A DNA stretch of 64,000 bases, taken from contig CAWHAZ010000003.1 in assembly GCA_963827475.1 (NCBI GenBank), positions 32,001-96,000 on the forward strand, in the 5' to 3' direction. The notes beneath the pieces were generated by a model, which saw only the letters and a list, made by a program, of their open reading frames with translations, was not told where the DNA came from and did no database searches. Below, one piece after another: positions 41,233 to 51,210 of the stretch. Position 1 is the stretch's first letter, and every line of letters starts with the position of its first letter. The position numbers were made by a program, and so were the translations under genes. This stretch comes from an uncultured Chloroflexia bacterium. Its GTDB lineage: Bacteria > Chloroflexota > Limnocylindria > QHBO01.

Positions 41233-43050
41233 TCAGGATCCTCCTTGCGCCGGAACGGCCGGCGTCGCCAACATTCGGGTGACCTCGGCCTTCTCCCGGC
41301 CGAGCTGAGTGATGTGCGTTTCGATCTGCGCCAGGAGCTCGCGGTCGCCATCGCGTTCCGCGTCCTCCAGCAGGTTGCGCCCGTCGCCGATGGCCTCCTC
41401 GATCCTCGCCCGGCGCAGTCGCAGGCGGCAGACCCGCAGCGCCTCGGCAGCGATCGCCGGCTCGAGACGTGGCGCCGAAGCAGCGGCCTCGATCACGGCC
41501 CGCGCCAGCTCGGTGGAGACTGGATCGAGTCCGGTCAGGAAGCCTTCCACGTCGACCGGGCTCGATTCGGAAGCCGCGACCCAGCTGCGCCAGGCCTCGG
41601 CCAGGGACGCTGCCTCAGGGCGCCCCAAGGGCAGCGGGTTTGCCTCCAGGTCCACGGTGAGCGAGGGATGTCGGATGAGCAGGGCCAGGGTCTCGGTCTC
41701 GACCGCGTCCAGGGCGGGCGTCCCGGGTCCAACGGGCTCGGACTGCGCCGCTGCGGGTCGTCGCTGGAGCCGCGGCCGTGCCAGACCCTCGCGCAGGATC
41801 TTCTCGTCGACCTTCACGATGCGCGACAGCTCCTGGACGTAGAGATCCTGGACGACCGAATCGGTCACCCGCTGGAGCTTGGCCAGGACGCGTCCGGCCA
41901 TCTCGCGGCGGCCCGCGACGGTGTTCAGGTCCACGCGCGCGGCCTCGCGCTCCATGAAGTAGTCGATGAGCGGCTTGGCATTCTCGATCGCTTCGCGCCA
42001 CGCGTCGGGATCGGTCTGCAGGAGCTCGGCGGGATCCTTGCCGGCCGGGATCCGGATCACGCGCAGCTTGGTCACGCTCTGGCTCGGACCGAGCTCCTCG
42101 AGCAGCCCGCGCTCGGTCGCGGCCTCGCCGGCGAGGTCCACGTCGTAGGCAAGGGTGATGGCATCCGCGTAGCGGGTCACGATGTCCACCTGGCCGCGAG
42201 TCAGCGCGGTCCCCATGGATGCCACGACGTTCGTAAAACCAGCCTGGTGGGCGGCCATGACATCGGTGTAGCCCTCGACGATCACCGCCAGCTTCTCGCT
42301 GCGAATGGCGGCCCGCGCGAGGTCGATCCCGTACAGCGTGCGGCTCTTGTCGAAGAGTGGCGTGGCCGGGGAGTTCAGGTACTTCGGGCCCTCCCCATCC
42401 GGCATGACCCGGCCGCCAAGCCCGGTCGCTCGACCGGACGCGTCACGGATCGGGATGATGATCCGCCGTCGGAACCGATCCACCGGCCGACCACGCTGGC
42501 CCATCGACGCGAGGCCGGCCGCGACCATCTCCTCCGACGAGAAGCCGCGCGACGCGAGCCGCTTGACGAGGGCATCCCAGCTGTCGGGCGCGAAACCGAT
42601 GGCGAACCGATCCAGGGTCTCGTCGGAGAAGCCGCGCTCGGCGAGATAGCGACGGGCAGGCTCCGCCTGGCGGGCCTGGCGCAGGACCTCGCGGTACCAG
42701 GCGATGGCCGCCTCCAGGGCATCGCGCAGCCGCTTGCGACGACGATCCTCCCGAGCGCCAGCCGCGGACAGCTCCACGCCGGCTCGCTCGGCCAGGCGGC
42801 CGAGGGCCTCGCGGAACTCGATGCCGTCGCGCTTCATGACGAAGGTGAAGATGTCTCCGTGCTCGCCGCAGCCGAAGCAGTGCCACGACTCGCGCTCCGG
42901 GCTGACGGTGAACGACGGGGTCTTCTCGACGTGGAACGGGCAGAGGCCTTTCATCGTCGAGCCGGCACGTTTGAGCACGACCGTCTCGCCCACGATTTCG
43001 GCGACGGGCAGGCGGGATTTGATTTCGGCGACGGAGCCGGGTGAGCTCAT
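41233..43050 (-). CDS. dnaG: DNA primase
   Basis: CPFH...CFGC zinc finger, KYLNSP, VEGYTDV, YDVDLAG TOPRIM. Confidence 0.97.
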   Translation of the reverse strand: MSSPGSVAEIKSRLPVAEIVGETVVLKRAGSTMKGLCPFHVEKTPSFTVSPERESWHCFGCGEHGDIFTFVMKRDGIEFREALGRLAERAGVELSAAGAREDRRRKRLRDALEAAIAWYREVLRQARQAEPARRYLAERGFSDETLDRFAIGFAPDSWDALVKRLASRGFSSEEMVAAGLASMGQRGRPVDRFRRRIIIPIRDASGRATGLGGRVMPDGEGPKYLNSPATPLFDKSRTLYGIDLARAAIRSEKLAVIVEGYTDVMAAHQAGFTNVVASMGTALTRGQVDIVTRYADAITLAYDVDLAGEAATERGLLEELGPSQSVTKLRVIRIPAGKDPAELLQTDPDAWREAIENAKPLIDYFMEREAARVDLNTVAGRREMAGRVLAKLQRVTDSVVQDLYVQELSRIVKVDEKILREGLARPRLQRRPAAAQSEPVGPGTPALDAVETETLALLIRHPSLTVDLEANPLPLGRPEAASLAEAWRSWVAASESSPVDVEGFLTGLDPVSTELARAVIEAAASAPRLEPAIAAEALRVCRLRLRRARIEEAIGDGRNLLEDAERDGDRELLAQIETHITQLGREKAEVTRMLATPAVPAQGGS

Positions 43051-43079
43051 GGGAGGGTCCTGCGCGCCACTGGGGCGCG

Positions 43080-43141
43080 TGTCAAGTGATTTGTCAAGAG
43101 TTCTGTCAAGTGTCCAGACCCCATTTTAACCCATTGTCAAG
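43080..43141. repeat. TGTCAAG (minus strand CTTGACA) direct-repeat array
   Basis: Exact copies at 43080, 43092, 43104 (12-bp period) and 43135; variant TGTCCAG at 43111. Confidence 0.85.
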
Positions 43142-43211
43142 CGATCCCAGCGCATTTGGTAGTCCACCCGCGTGACTGGAGTTCAAACGCCCGTGGGCTA
43201 CCATCCGTGAC

Positions 43212-43751
43212 GTGGAGGAGCACTCGCAGGAGCGGGACTTCGTCGAGCTGCACGGCGACCGTTTGCTGGGGTTCGCCATGCTCCTCACGCTCGGAGACGC
43301 GTCGCGGGCGGGGCGACTGACGTCCCAGGCGCTCGGCGCCGGCGTGAAGCGCATCGACCAGCTGCGGCATCCGGTGCGGGCGGCGGCATGGCTTCGGGGG
43401 CAGGTCACCCAGGCCGCGGGCCTCCCCGCGTGGGGGCAACGGCGTCCCAACGAGACAGAGCGACGAGATGCGCTCCGGTCGATGGGGGTGGACCCCGCGA
43501 CGTATGACGCCCTGGCCAGTCTGAACGTCCGCAGCCGCGCGGCAGTGGTCGCGACGGCGGTCGAGGGATTCGCCATCGCCGATGTGTTCGAGATCGTGGG
43601 CAGCGACGAGCGGGTGCGGACGGCGCGCCGCGACTTCCTCACCGCGTACCTCGCCGCCTCGGAGGCGCGCGACTCCACTCCTCCCTCGGGCGAGCTCACC
43701 GCGCGGGTGCGCGCCGCCGCCGGCGGGATCATGGCCGAGTCCCGGGAATGA
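43212..43751 (+). CDS. Degenerate ECF sigma-70-like protein
   Basis: Region-2-like FVELHGDRLLGFAMLLT.GD..RA..L...AL...AAWL and region-4-like ALASL..RSRAAVV...EG. Confidence 0.6.
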   Translation: MEEHSQERDFVELHGDRLLGFAMLLTLGDASRAGRLTSQALGAGVKRIDQLRHPVRAAAWLRGQVTQAAGLPAWGQRRPNETERRDALRSMGVDPATYDALASLNVRSRAAVVATAVEGFAIADVFEIVGSDERVRTARRDFLTAYLAASEARDSTPPSGELTARVRAAAGGIMAESRE

Positions 43752-44671
43752 CCGATTCGCACGATCTGCTCGAGTCCTGGCTGATCGAGGGGGCGGTGGG
43801 CGATCCGCCGCGGGAGCTGGCCGTTCACGCCGCCGTGTGCGACTCCTGTGGGCAGCGACTCGGCGCGTTCGACTCGCTGGCGGTCGTCGACGTGGCCGCC
43901 GCCGGCTCTCCGCCGCCGGTGGCCTCGCCATCGCGGGTGGTGGCCGCGCTCCTGTGGGCGCGCACCGGGACGGCCGTGGTGGCTACGGTCGCCGCCGGCG
44001 TCCTCGTCGTCGTGGCCGCGACACAGCTGGCGGGGATCGTTGGCGGCCTGCCGGCACCTTCGGACGGCGTGGCGTTCGAGACCGGCTCCGGCGCGCTCTC
44101 ATCGGACGAGTCGGGGTCGCGCGGTCCCGAGCCGGCGGGCGAACCCAGCGTCCCGGGGCCGACACCCACCCCGATCCCGACCTTCATTCCGCTGCCGACC
44201 GTCGCCCCCGGCGCAGCGCCCTTGGCCGCGCCGTCCGCTCCCATCCTGGTCCGGGGAGCGGTCACCCAGAGCTCGATCAACATGTTCTGGACGAATGGGA
44301 GCGGCGGCGGCCCGGTGCAAAAGTGGGACGTCTGGCGCCGCATCGGTACCGGGACGTGGCAGAAGCTCGGGGAGCTGCCCGCCGGCACGCACAGCATGAC
44401 GAACTCGGGGCTCGCGTCCGGCACGAGCTATTCGTACCGGATCCGGGCCGTCAACACCAGCGCGCTCGGCTCCTTCTCGAACACGATCACGGGCACGACC
44501 CTGTCTCCGCCGGCCCCGACCCCAACACCGGCCCCAACCCCGCCCCCACCGACGCCCACGCCGGAACCATCGATCCCGGACACGCCGCCGCCCACGCCGG
44601 AGCCGACACCCGAGCCAACCCCGGAACCAACGCCACCGCCGCCGACACCGGACCCGTCGGCGACGCCCTGA
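43748..44671 (+). CDS. Zinc anti-sigma (ZAS)-like membrane protein with fibronectin type III domain
   Basis: HAAVCDSC (HxxxCxxC), TM helix, FN3 (SSINMFW...GLASGTSYSYRIRAVN), Pro/Thr tails; ATGA coupling. Confidence 0.7.
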   Translation: MTDSHDLLESWLIEGAVGDPPRELAVHAAVCDSCGQRLGAFDSLAVVDVAAAGSPPPVASPSRVVAALLWARTGTAVVATVAAGVLVVVAATQLAGIVGGLPAPSDGVAFETGSGALSSDESGSRGPEPAGEPSVPGPTPTPIPTFIPLPTVAPGAAPLAAPSAPILVRGAVTQSSINMFWTNGSGGGPVQKWDVWRRIGTGTWQKLGELPAGTHSMTNSGLASGTSYSYRIRAVNTSALGSFSNTITGTTLSPPAPTPTPAPTPPPPTPTPEPSIPDTPPPTPEPTPEPTPEPTPPPPTPDPSATP

Positions 44672-44755
44672 CATCGGTCGAACCGGCGTGCGCGTGATGG
44701 CGCCGGTCGTGTAGAAGGGGCGCACCGGAATCGGTCCCATCCAGCGGAGGAACGC

Positions 44756-45928
44756 ATGGCTTTCGACATGTCCCTGGTCCAGCGAGGCGCGCGCCTGCGG
44801 CGGTCGCCCTTCTACGAGGCGGAGCAGGCCTACAGCCCGAAGGGCTACACCGTCTACAACCACATGCTGTTCCCGACCAACTACGACGACTTCGAGGCCG
44901 AGTACTGGCACCTCCTCAACCACGTGACCCTGTGGGACGTCGCGGTCGAGCGGAACCTGGAGATCCAGGGCCGGGACGGGTTCCGCTTCGCCCAGCTGTT
45001 GACCCCTCGGGACCTGTCGAAATGCGCGGTGGGCCAGGGCAAGTACGTGCTGATCACCGCGCCGGACGGGGGCATCGTCAACGACCCGGTGATGCTGCGC
45101 CTGGGCGACAACCACTTCTGGTTCGCACTCGCCAGCTCGGACGCGCTGCTGTACGCCATGGGGCTCGCCGCCAACCTCGGCTGGGACGTGCAGATCGGCG
45201 AGCCGGACGTGTCGCCGGTCCAGATCCAGGGCCCGCACTCGAGCGACGTGGTCGCCGCGCTCTTCGGCCCCGACATCCTGTCGCTGAAGTACTACTGGTT
45301 CCGTGAGCTGTCGCTGGACGGCATCCCGGTGATCGTGACCCGCACCGGCTGGACGGCCGAGGTCGGCTACGAGATCTACCTCCGTGACGGCCAGCACGGG
45401 ACCGCGCTGTGGGAGCGGATCATGGACGCCGGTCGACCGTTCCAGATCAAGCCAACCGGCCCGTCGGACATCCGGCGGGTGGAGGGCGGCATCCTGAACT
45501 GGGGCGCCGACATGGGCCTGGAGAACAACCCGTTCGAGGTGGGCCTCGAGCGGCTCTGCCATCTCGACGGCCAGTTCGAGTTCATGGGCAAGGCCGCGCT
45601 GCAGGAGATCCGCCACAACGGGGTCAGCCGCAAGCTGATCGGGGTCGAGATCGGCGGGGATCGGCTGGAGATGAACTTCACGAAGTGGCCGGTGACGGCC
45701 GACGGGGCACTGGTCGGCCAGGTGACGACCGCGCTGTGGTCGCCACGGCTGGAGCGGAACATCGGCTACGCGTGGCTGCCGATCGAGCGGGCGGTGGATG
45801 GCCATGCGGTGACGGTGACGACGCCCGACGGAGAGCGCGAGGCGACGGTCGTCCCGATGCCGTTCATCGACCCCGACAAGGAGATCCCGAAGGCGAAAAT
45901 CGCGGTCGGGGAGGTGGGCCTGCGCTGA
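44756..45928 (+). CDS. GcvT-family aminomethyltransferase/demethylase, DmdA-like
   Basis: RLRRSPF, YTVYNHM, LWDVAVER, NDPV, TRTGWTAEVGYEI, IRRVEGG; GGAGG RBS. Confidence 0.85.
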   Translation: MAFDMSLVQRGARLRRSPFYEAEQAYSPKGYTVYNHMLFPTNYDDFEAEYWHLLNHVTLWDVAVERNLEIQGRDGFRFAQLLTPRDLSKCAVGQGKYVLITAPDGGIVNDPVMLRLGDNHFWFALASSDALLYAMGLAANLGWDVQIGEPDVSPVQIQGPHSSDVVAALFGPDILSLKYYWFRELSLDGIPVIVTRTGWTAEVGYEIYLRDGQHGTALWERIMDAGRPFQIKPTGPSDIRRVEGGILNWGADMGLENNPFEVGLERLCHLDGQFEFMGKAALQEIRHNGVSRKLIGVEIGGDRLEMNFTKWPVTADGALVGQVTTALWSPRLERNIGYAWLPIERAVDGHAVTVTTPDGEREATVVPMPFIDPDKEIPKAKIAVGEVGLR

Positions 45929-45941
45929 CGGGCCGCCGCGC

Positions 45942-46391
45942 TCAGGACCCGGGCTTGAACACCATGAGCGCGATGATGACGGCGAAGCTCACCAGCTCCA
46001 GCCGCGAGACCACGTACAGGCCCCGGATCAACTTCAGACCCGTGACCGATGTGGGCCCTTCCACCTCGAACGTGTCCGCCGCCCGCTTGGCCCGAGGCCC
46101 AAGGTAAAGGGCGCCGGCCACGGCCGACGCCACCCACAGGGCGACGGACACGGCGATCCAGACCTCGCCGAAGCTCCAGGCCTGGATGGTCATGGCGACG
46201 CCACTGATGATGATCACGAGGGATGCCGGCAGGAACAGCCACTTGCCGAGGCCTTCCATGTGGCGGGCGATTGCCGGCACGAAGGCCGGATCGGACCGTC
46301 CGATGCGAATCGCGAGCACCTGGATGGCGACGGCGCCACCGACCCAGATCACGGCCGCCACGATGTGCGCGTACAGCAACAGGTCATACAT
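45942..46391 (-). CDS. DUF2269-like integral membrane protein
   Basis: HIVAAVIWVGG start, four TM helices, ends LMVFKP. Confidence 0.75.
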   Translation of the reverse strand: MYDLLLYAHIVAAVIWVGGAVAIQVLAIRIGRSDPAFVPAIARHMEGLGKWLFLPASLVIIISGVAMTIQAWSFGEVWIAVSVALWVASAVAGALYLGPRAKRAADTFEVEGPTSVTGLKLIRGLYVVSRLELVSFAVIIALMVFKPGS

Positions 46392-46452
46392 TGGGCCAAG
46401 GATACCGATGGGCGCGGCGAACCCGGGCGCCCCACCGGTACGATGCCGGGCC

Positions 46453-46926
46453 ATGTGGAGAGCCGTGACGATCGAGGCGAGCATCGACTACCCACCCGAG
46501 CGGGTGTTTCCATACCTCGCCGATCCTGAGCGCTGGCCGGAGTTCGCGCCGGCGGTGGCATCACGGCGGCGGATCGGCGACGGATCGCCGGCGGTCGGGA
46601 GCCGATGGGCGGCGGTGGACCGCATCGGTCCGTTCCGCATCCGGTTCACCGATGAGCTCAGCGAGGTCGAACCCTACCGCGGCGTGGTCTGGCTCTCGAC
46701 CTCGCCATGGAACTCGCGAGTCGAGTACCGACTCCGGCCCGAGGCCGACGGGACGCGGATCCTGGCCAGCTACCAAGGCGACGTTGCCGGCTGGCTGCGG
46801 CTCGTCGCGCTCCTCCCCACGCGCGTGCTGGCCCGGATCCTCATGCGGGATTTCCACGGCCTCGGGCGCTGCCTGGACGCCGAGGAGCGATCCCCCGCCG
46901 TATTGGACGTCGCCAGTCCCGGTTGA
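46453..46926 (+). CDS. SRPBCC/polyketide cyclase-like protein
   Basis: IDYPPERVFPYLADPERWPEF, VGSRW, DGTRI. Confidence 0.75.
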   Translation: MWRAVTIEASIDYPPERVFPYLADPERWPEFAPAVASRRRIGDGSPAVGSRWAAVDRIGPFRIRFTDELSEVEPYRGVVWLSTSPWNSRVEYRLRPEADGTRILASYQGDVAGWLRLVALLPTRVLARILMRDFHGLGRCLDAEERSPAVLDVASPG

Positions 46927-46939
46927 TGCCGGGACCGGC

Positions 46940-48319
46940 TCAGCCGGCCGGCGGGATGTTCTGGTTCAAACGGAACAGGTTGGTCGGGTCGTACTTCGCC
47001 TTGATCGCCCGCAGGCGGTCCCAGGTGGCACCCGGGTAGGCAGCCCGGACGCGCGCCTCGCCCTCGTCGACGAGGAAATTCACGTAGGCGCCATCATCGC
47101 CCTGCCGAAGGTCGTCGACGAAGCCGGTGACCCACGCGCGCCGGCGCGGCCGGTCCTCCTCACCCTCGTAGAACGCGGCGACGTTCACCATGACCCGACT
47201 CGTGCGATGCGCGAACGCGGTCGCGTCCACCGGAACGTCGGCCATCGCGCCACCCAGCGGTCGGAGCTGCGCGACCCGCATCGGTGAGTCCGATGCCGCC
47301 AGCCGCTCGAGGATGAGCTCGGAAGCCGCGGCATCCACCCGGTCGACGAACATCGTCCGCGCCTCGGCCAGCGGCCGGTAGTCGGGATCGTCCGGCATGT
47401 AGATCTCCGGGTAGCCCATCGGCTTGAGCCCGTCCATGAGCGGCGCTGCGAGGGCCCGGAAGGGGGCGACCGCCCGCTCGGCGGCATCGGCATCGCCGGC
47501 GTAGCACATGATCGCCATGGCCACCATCTGGCCCACGGCCTCCTCGGGAATGCCCGGCATCGGTGGCGCCGGCATGACATTGAGGATCGACGAAAGCTCG
47601 TTGGAGGCCGCGTTCGAAGCGGCCATGAAGCCCTCGATCACCTCCGCCGTCGCGGGCAGGATCAGGATGCCGCCATACGCCTCGGGCACCTCGTGCAGCC
47701 GGAACTGGAATCGGGTGGCAACCCCGAAGTTGCCGCCGCCGCCGCGGATCGCCCAGAACAGGTCCGGCTCGGTGTCGGCGTCGACCCGCCGCAGCTCACC
47801 GTCGGCGGTGACGATGTCGGCCGCCAGGAGCGAATCGATCGTGAGGCCGAGCAGGCGGACGAGGTAGCCGACGCCGCCGCCGAGGGTCAGCCCGCCGAGC
47901 CCGACCGACCCGGTGTCGCCGAACCCGACGGCGAGCCCGTGCTCGCCGGCGGCATCGGTGAATGCTGCCGCCGTCAAGCCGCTGTCGGCCCAGGCCACCC
48001 GGGCCTCCGGATCAAGCTCGAGCGCGGTCAGCTCGCGGAGGTCGAGGACGATGCCGCCGTCGGTCGCCGAGTGGCCGGCCCCGCTGTGGCCGCCGCTGCG
48101 GACCGCCAGCTCGGCGCCGGTCTCCCGGGCCAGGTCGATGACCTCGGCAACGTCCGCGGCATCCGCCACGCGCACGATGAACGCGGGGTGGCGGTCGATG
48201 TGGCCGGCGACGACGGTTCGGGTGGCGTCGTAGTCCGGGTCCTCGGGCGTGATGATGCGGCCTCGCACGCGGCCTTCGAGAGCCGTCGCGGAGAGCGGAC
48301 TGGAAGCGGAAACGGACAT
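46940..48319 (-). CDS. FAD-linked oxidase (BBE/VAO family)
   Basis: VRSGGHS, GLTLGGG, LFWAIRGGGGNFG, YVNF, KYDPTNLFRLNQNI. Confidence 0.92.
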   Translation of the reverse strand: MSVSASSPLSATALEGRVRGRIITPEDPDYDATRTVVAGHIDRHPAFIVRVADAADVAEVIDLARETGAELAVRSGGHSGAGHSATDGGIVLDLRELTALELDPEARVAWADSGLTAAAFTDAAGEHGLAVGFGDTGSVGLGGLTLGGGVGYLVRLLGLTIDSLLAADIVTADGELRRVDADTEPDLFWAIRGGGGNFGVATRFQFRLHEVPEAYGGILILPATAEVIEGFMAASNAASNELSSILNVMPAPPMPGIPEEAVGQMVAMAIMCYAGDADAAERAVAPFRALAAPLMDGLKPMGYPEIYMPDDPDYRPLAEARTMFVDRVDAAASELILERLAASDSPMRVAQLRPLGGAMADVPVDATAFAHRTSRVMVNVAAFYEGEEDRPRRRAWVTGFVDDLRQGDDGAYVNFLVDEGEARVRAAYPGATWDRLRAIKAKYDPTNLFRLNQNIPPAG

Positions 48320-48341
48320 CCTGGGATCCTCCGAGGACGAA

Positions 48342-51137
48342 TCAGCGGTCGCGCTCGTCGGCCTCCGCCAGGACGGCCTGGGCGGCCGCAAGACGGGCGA
48401 CGGGAACCCGGAACGGGGAGCACGACACGTAGTCGAGACCGATATCGTGACAGAACGCGATCGACGATGGGTCGCCGCCGTGTTCCCCGCAGATCCCGAC
48501 CTTGAGACCCGGGCGAGCCGCGCGGCCTCGCTCGGTGGCGATCCGGACCAGCTCCCCCACCCCCTCCCGGTCGAGGACCTGGAACGGGTTTTCGGGCAGG
48601 ATCTTGCGTTCGACGTAGCGCATGAGGAACTTCCCCTCCGCGTCGTCGCGCGAGTAGCCGAACGTCATCTGGGTCAGGTCGTTGGTGCCGAAGCTGAAGA
48701 ACTCGGCGTCCTGCGCGATCTCGCCGGCGGTCAGCGCCCCGCGCGGGACCTCGATCATGGTCCCGAACTTGTAGGCAACCGACTGCCCGGAGGCCTCGGC
48801 CACCGAACGTGCCTCCGCCTCGAGGGTGGCCCGCGTCTCGCGCAGCTCGTTGGCGTGGCCGACGAGCGGGATCATGATCTCGGGCAGCGGGGTGACGCCC
48901 TCGGCGGCCACTCGCGTGGCGGCGGCCAGGATGGCCCGGGTCTGCATCCGGACGATGTCGGGGATCATGAGCCCGAGGCGCACCCCGCGCATGCCGAGCA
49001 TCGGGTTCTGCTCGCGCATGGACTCGACCGCCGCCAGCGTCTCCTCCAGCTCCGCCAGCCGGGCGGCATCGGTCCCCCGCTCCTGCAGCCGGGTGACCTC
49101 GACCAGGAGCTCGTCGTGCGACGGGAGGAACTCGTGGAGCGGCGGGTCGATGAGGCGGATGACCACGGGCAGGCCGTCCATCGCTCGGAAGAGGCCGGCG
49201 AAGTCATCGGTCTGGGTCTGCTCGAGCGCGGCCAGCGCCGCGTCGAAGGTCGCGATCACCTCCACGTCCTCGGGGGTCAGGGCCTCTCCGGCCTCCCGCC
49301 GGACCTTGGCAGCGGTCGCGTCGGAGGCGACCAGGATCATCTGGCGGACGGTCGGCAGCCGCGACTCCTCGAAGAACATGTGCTCGGTCCGGCACAGACC
49401 GATGCCCTGCGCCCCGTAGGATCGGGCCCGCTCGGCGTCCCGCGGGTAGTCCGCGTTGGCCCACACCTGCAGGCGCCGCACGTCATCGGCCCAGCCCAGG
49501 AGGGTGGCGAGGTCCCGCTCCTCCGCGAAGTTGGGGTCGATGGTCGCGAGCGCGCCGGTGTACAGCTCGCCGGTGGTGCCGTCGATGCTGATCGTTTCTC
49601 CCTCGGCCACCGTCGTCGGCCCGACCCGCATCGTCCGCGCCTCGTAGTCGATGTCGAGCGCCTCGGCACCCGCCACGCAGGGCAGGCCGAGGGACCGGGC
49701 GACCACCGCCGCGTGGGACGTCGCGCCACCGCGCGCGGTGAGGACCCCCTTGGCCACCAGCATGCCGTGGACGTCGTCGGGGCTGGTCTCGATCCGGACG
49801 AGGATGACCGGGTCTCCGGCTTTTGACGCCTCCACCGCCCGGTCCGGGTCGAAGATCGCCCGCCCGGTTGCCGCGCCGGGGGATGCGTTCAGCCCGGTGC
49901 ACAGCCGCCGTTCCGCGGCGGCGCTCCGCGACGCATCGTCGAAGCGCGGCAGGAGGAGCTGGACGACCTGGGCGGGCTCGACGCGCTGGAGGGCCTCCTC
50001 GCGAGTGATGATCCCCTCATTCACCATCTCGACCGCGATCCGGACCGCGGCCGGCGCCGTCCGCTTCGCGGAACGGGTCTGGAGCATGTACAGCCGGCCG
50101 CGCTCGATCGTGAACTCGAGGTCCTGGACATCGCGGTAGTGGGCCTCCAGCCGCTCCCCGATGCGCTGGAACTCGTCGTAGACCTGCGGCATCTCGTCAC
50201 GGAGCGAAGCGATCGGCGAGGGGGTGCGGACGCCGGCCACCACGTCCTCGCCCTGGGCGTTGGTCAGGTACTCCCCGTAGAGCGCCTTTTCCCCGGTGTT
50301 CGGGTCCCGCGTGAACGCGACACCGGTCCCGCTGTCGCTGCCGAGATTGCCGTAGACCATGGCCACCACGTTCACCGCCGTGCCCAGGTCGTGGGGGATC
50401 TTGTTGTACTCGCGGTAGTCGTGGGCCCGGCGGCCGTACCACGAGGCGAACACGGCCTTCACCGCCAGGTCGAGCTGCTCGAGCGGTTCGGTCGGGAACT
50501 CGCGCCCGGAGTGGCTGCGGACCACGGCCAGGAACGACTCGGCCACCTCGCGCAGGGCGTCGGCGTCGAGGTCGCTGTCGGCCTCCACCCCTCGCGCCTC
50601 CTTCGCCTGCTCGAGGATCGGCTCGAACAGGGTGCCGTCGACGTCGAGCACGATCCGGCCGAACATCTGGATGAAGCGGCGATAGGCATCCCATCCGAAG
50701 CGGGGATCCCCGGTGAGCGCGATCAGCCCATCTCGGGTGTCGGGGTTGAGGCCGAGGTTGAGGACGGTGTCCATCATCCCGGGCATCGAGAATTTCGCTC
50801 CGGATCGGACCGAGACCAGGAGCGGGCTGGCCGGATCGCCGAAGCGCTTGGCGGTCTGGCGTTCCAGGGTGCCGACCGCTTCGAGGATGTCGTCCCACAG
50901 ACCCCCGGGGAGCTGCTCGCCGGCGGCGAAGTAATCGGTACAGGCAGCGGTCGTGATCGTGAACCCCGGTGGCACCGGCAGGCCGGCGTTGGTCATCTCC
51001 GCCAGGCCGGCACCCTTCCCGCCGAGGAGGTCTCGCATCGTGGCGTCGCCCTCGGCCTGCCCCTCGCCCCAGGCATAGATGTACCGCTTCGCGGCCCGAT
51101 GGGCGCGCTCGACGGCGGGGGTCACGGCTTCAGCCAC
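48342..51137 (-). CDS. ppdK: Pyruvate, phosphate dikinase
   Basis: LGGKGAGLAEM, SVRSGA, GGATSHAAVVAR, GLCRTEHMF, FGTNDLTQ, GICGEHGG. Confidence 0.97.
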   Translation of the reverse strand: MAEAVTPAVERAHRAAKRYIYAWGEGQAEGDATMRDLLGGKGAGLAEMTNAGLPVPPGFTITTAACTDYFAAGEQLPGGLWDDILEAVGTLERQTAKRFGDPASPLLVSVRSGAKFSMPGMMDTVLNLGLNPDTRDGLIALTGDPRFGWDAYRRFIQMFGRIVLDVDGTLFEPILEQAKEARGVEADSDLDADALREVAESFLAVVRSHSGREFPTEPLEQLDLAVKAVFASWYGRRAHDYREYNKIPHDLGTAVNVVAMVYGNLGSDSGTGVAFTRDPNTGEKALYGEYLTNAQGEDVVAGVRTPSPIASLRDEMPQVYDEFQRIGERLEAHYRDVQDLEFTIERGRLYMLQTRSAKRTAPAAVRIAVEMVNEGIITREEALQRVEPAQVVQLLLPRFDDASRSAAAERRLCTGLNASPGAATGRAIFDPDRAVEASKAGDPVILVRIETSPDDVHGMLVAKGVLTARGGATSHAAVVARSLGLPCVAGAEALDIDYEARTMRVGPTTVAEGETISIDGTTGELYTGALATIDPNFAEERDLATLLGWADDVRRLQVWANADYPRDAERARSYGAQGIGLCRTEHMFFEESRLPTVRQMILVASDATAAKVRREAGEALTPEDVEVIATFDAALAALEQTQTDDFAGLFRAMDGLPVVIRLIDPPLHEFLPSHDELLVEVTRLQERGTDAARLAELEETLAAVESMREQNPMLGMRGVRLGLMIPDIVRMQTRAILAAATRVAAEGVTPLPEIMIPLVGHANELRETRATLEAEARSVAEASGQSVAYKFGTMIEVPRGALTAGEIAQDAEFFSFGTNDLTQMTFGYSRDDAEGKFLMRYVERKILPENPFQVLDREGVGELVRIATERGRAARPGLKVGICGEHGGDPSSIAFCHDIGLDYVSCSPFRVPVARLAAAQAVLAEADERDR

Positions 51138-51210
51138 GGGACGCAGGCTCCATACGGGGTCGCGCCGAGAATTCTAGAAGGTCCACCGCCGGGTAGTCTG
51201 CGCTACCGAT

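Noticed and set aside
43080-43141. CRISPR or iteron array
   Set aside because: Units are only 7 bp with 5-bp gaps; no cas or rep gene nearby
44510-44670. Repetitive CCG/ACG-rich DNA
   Set aside because: Explained by the Pro/Thr/Glu linker codons of the FN3 protein; likewise 40800-41220 encodes the RpoD Ala/Lys tail
44672-44755. Glycine riboswitch upstream of the GcvT-family gene
   Set aside because: Gap is only about 84 nt with a simple hairpin and no glycine aptamer motifs
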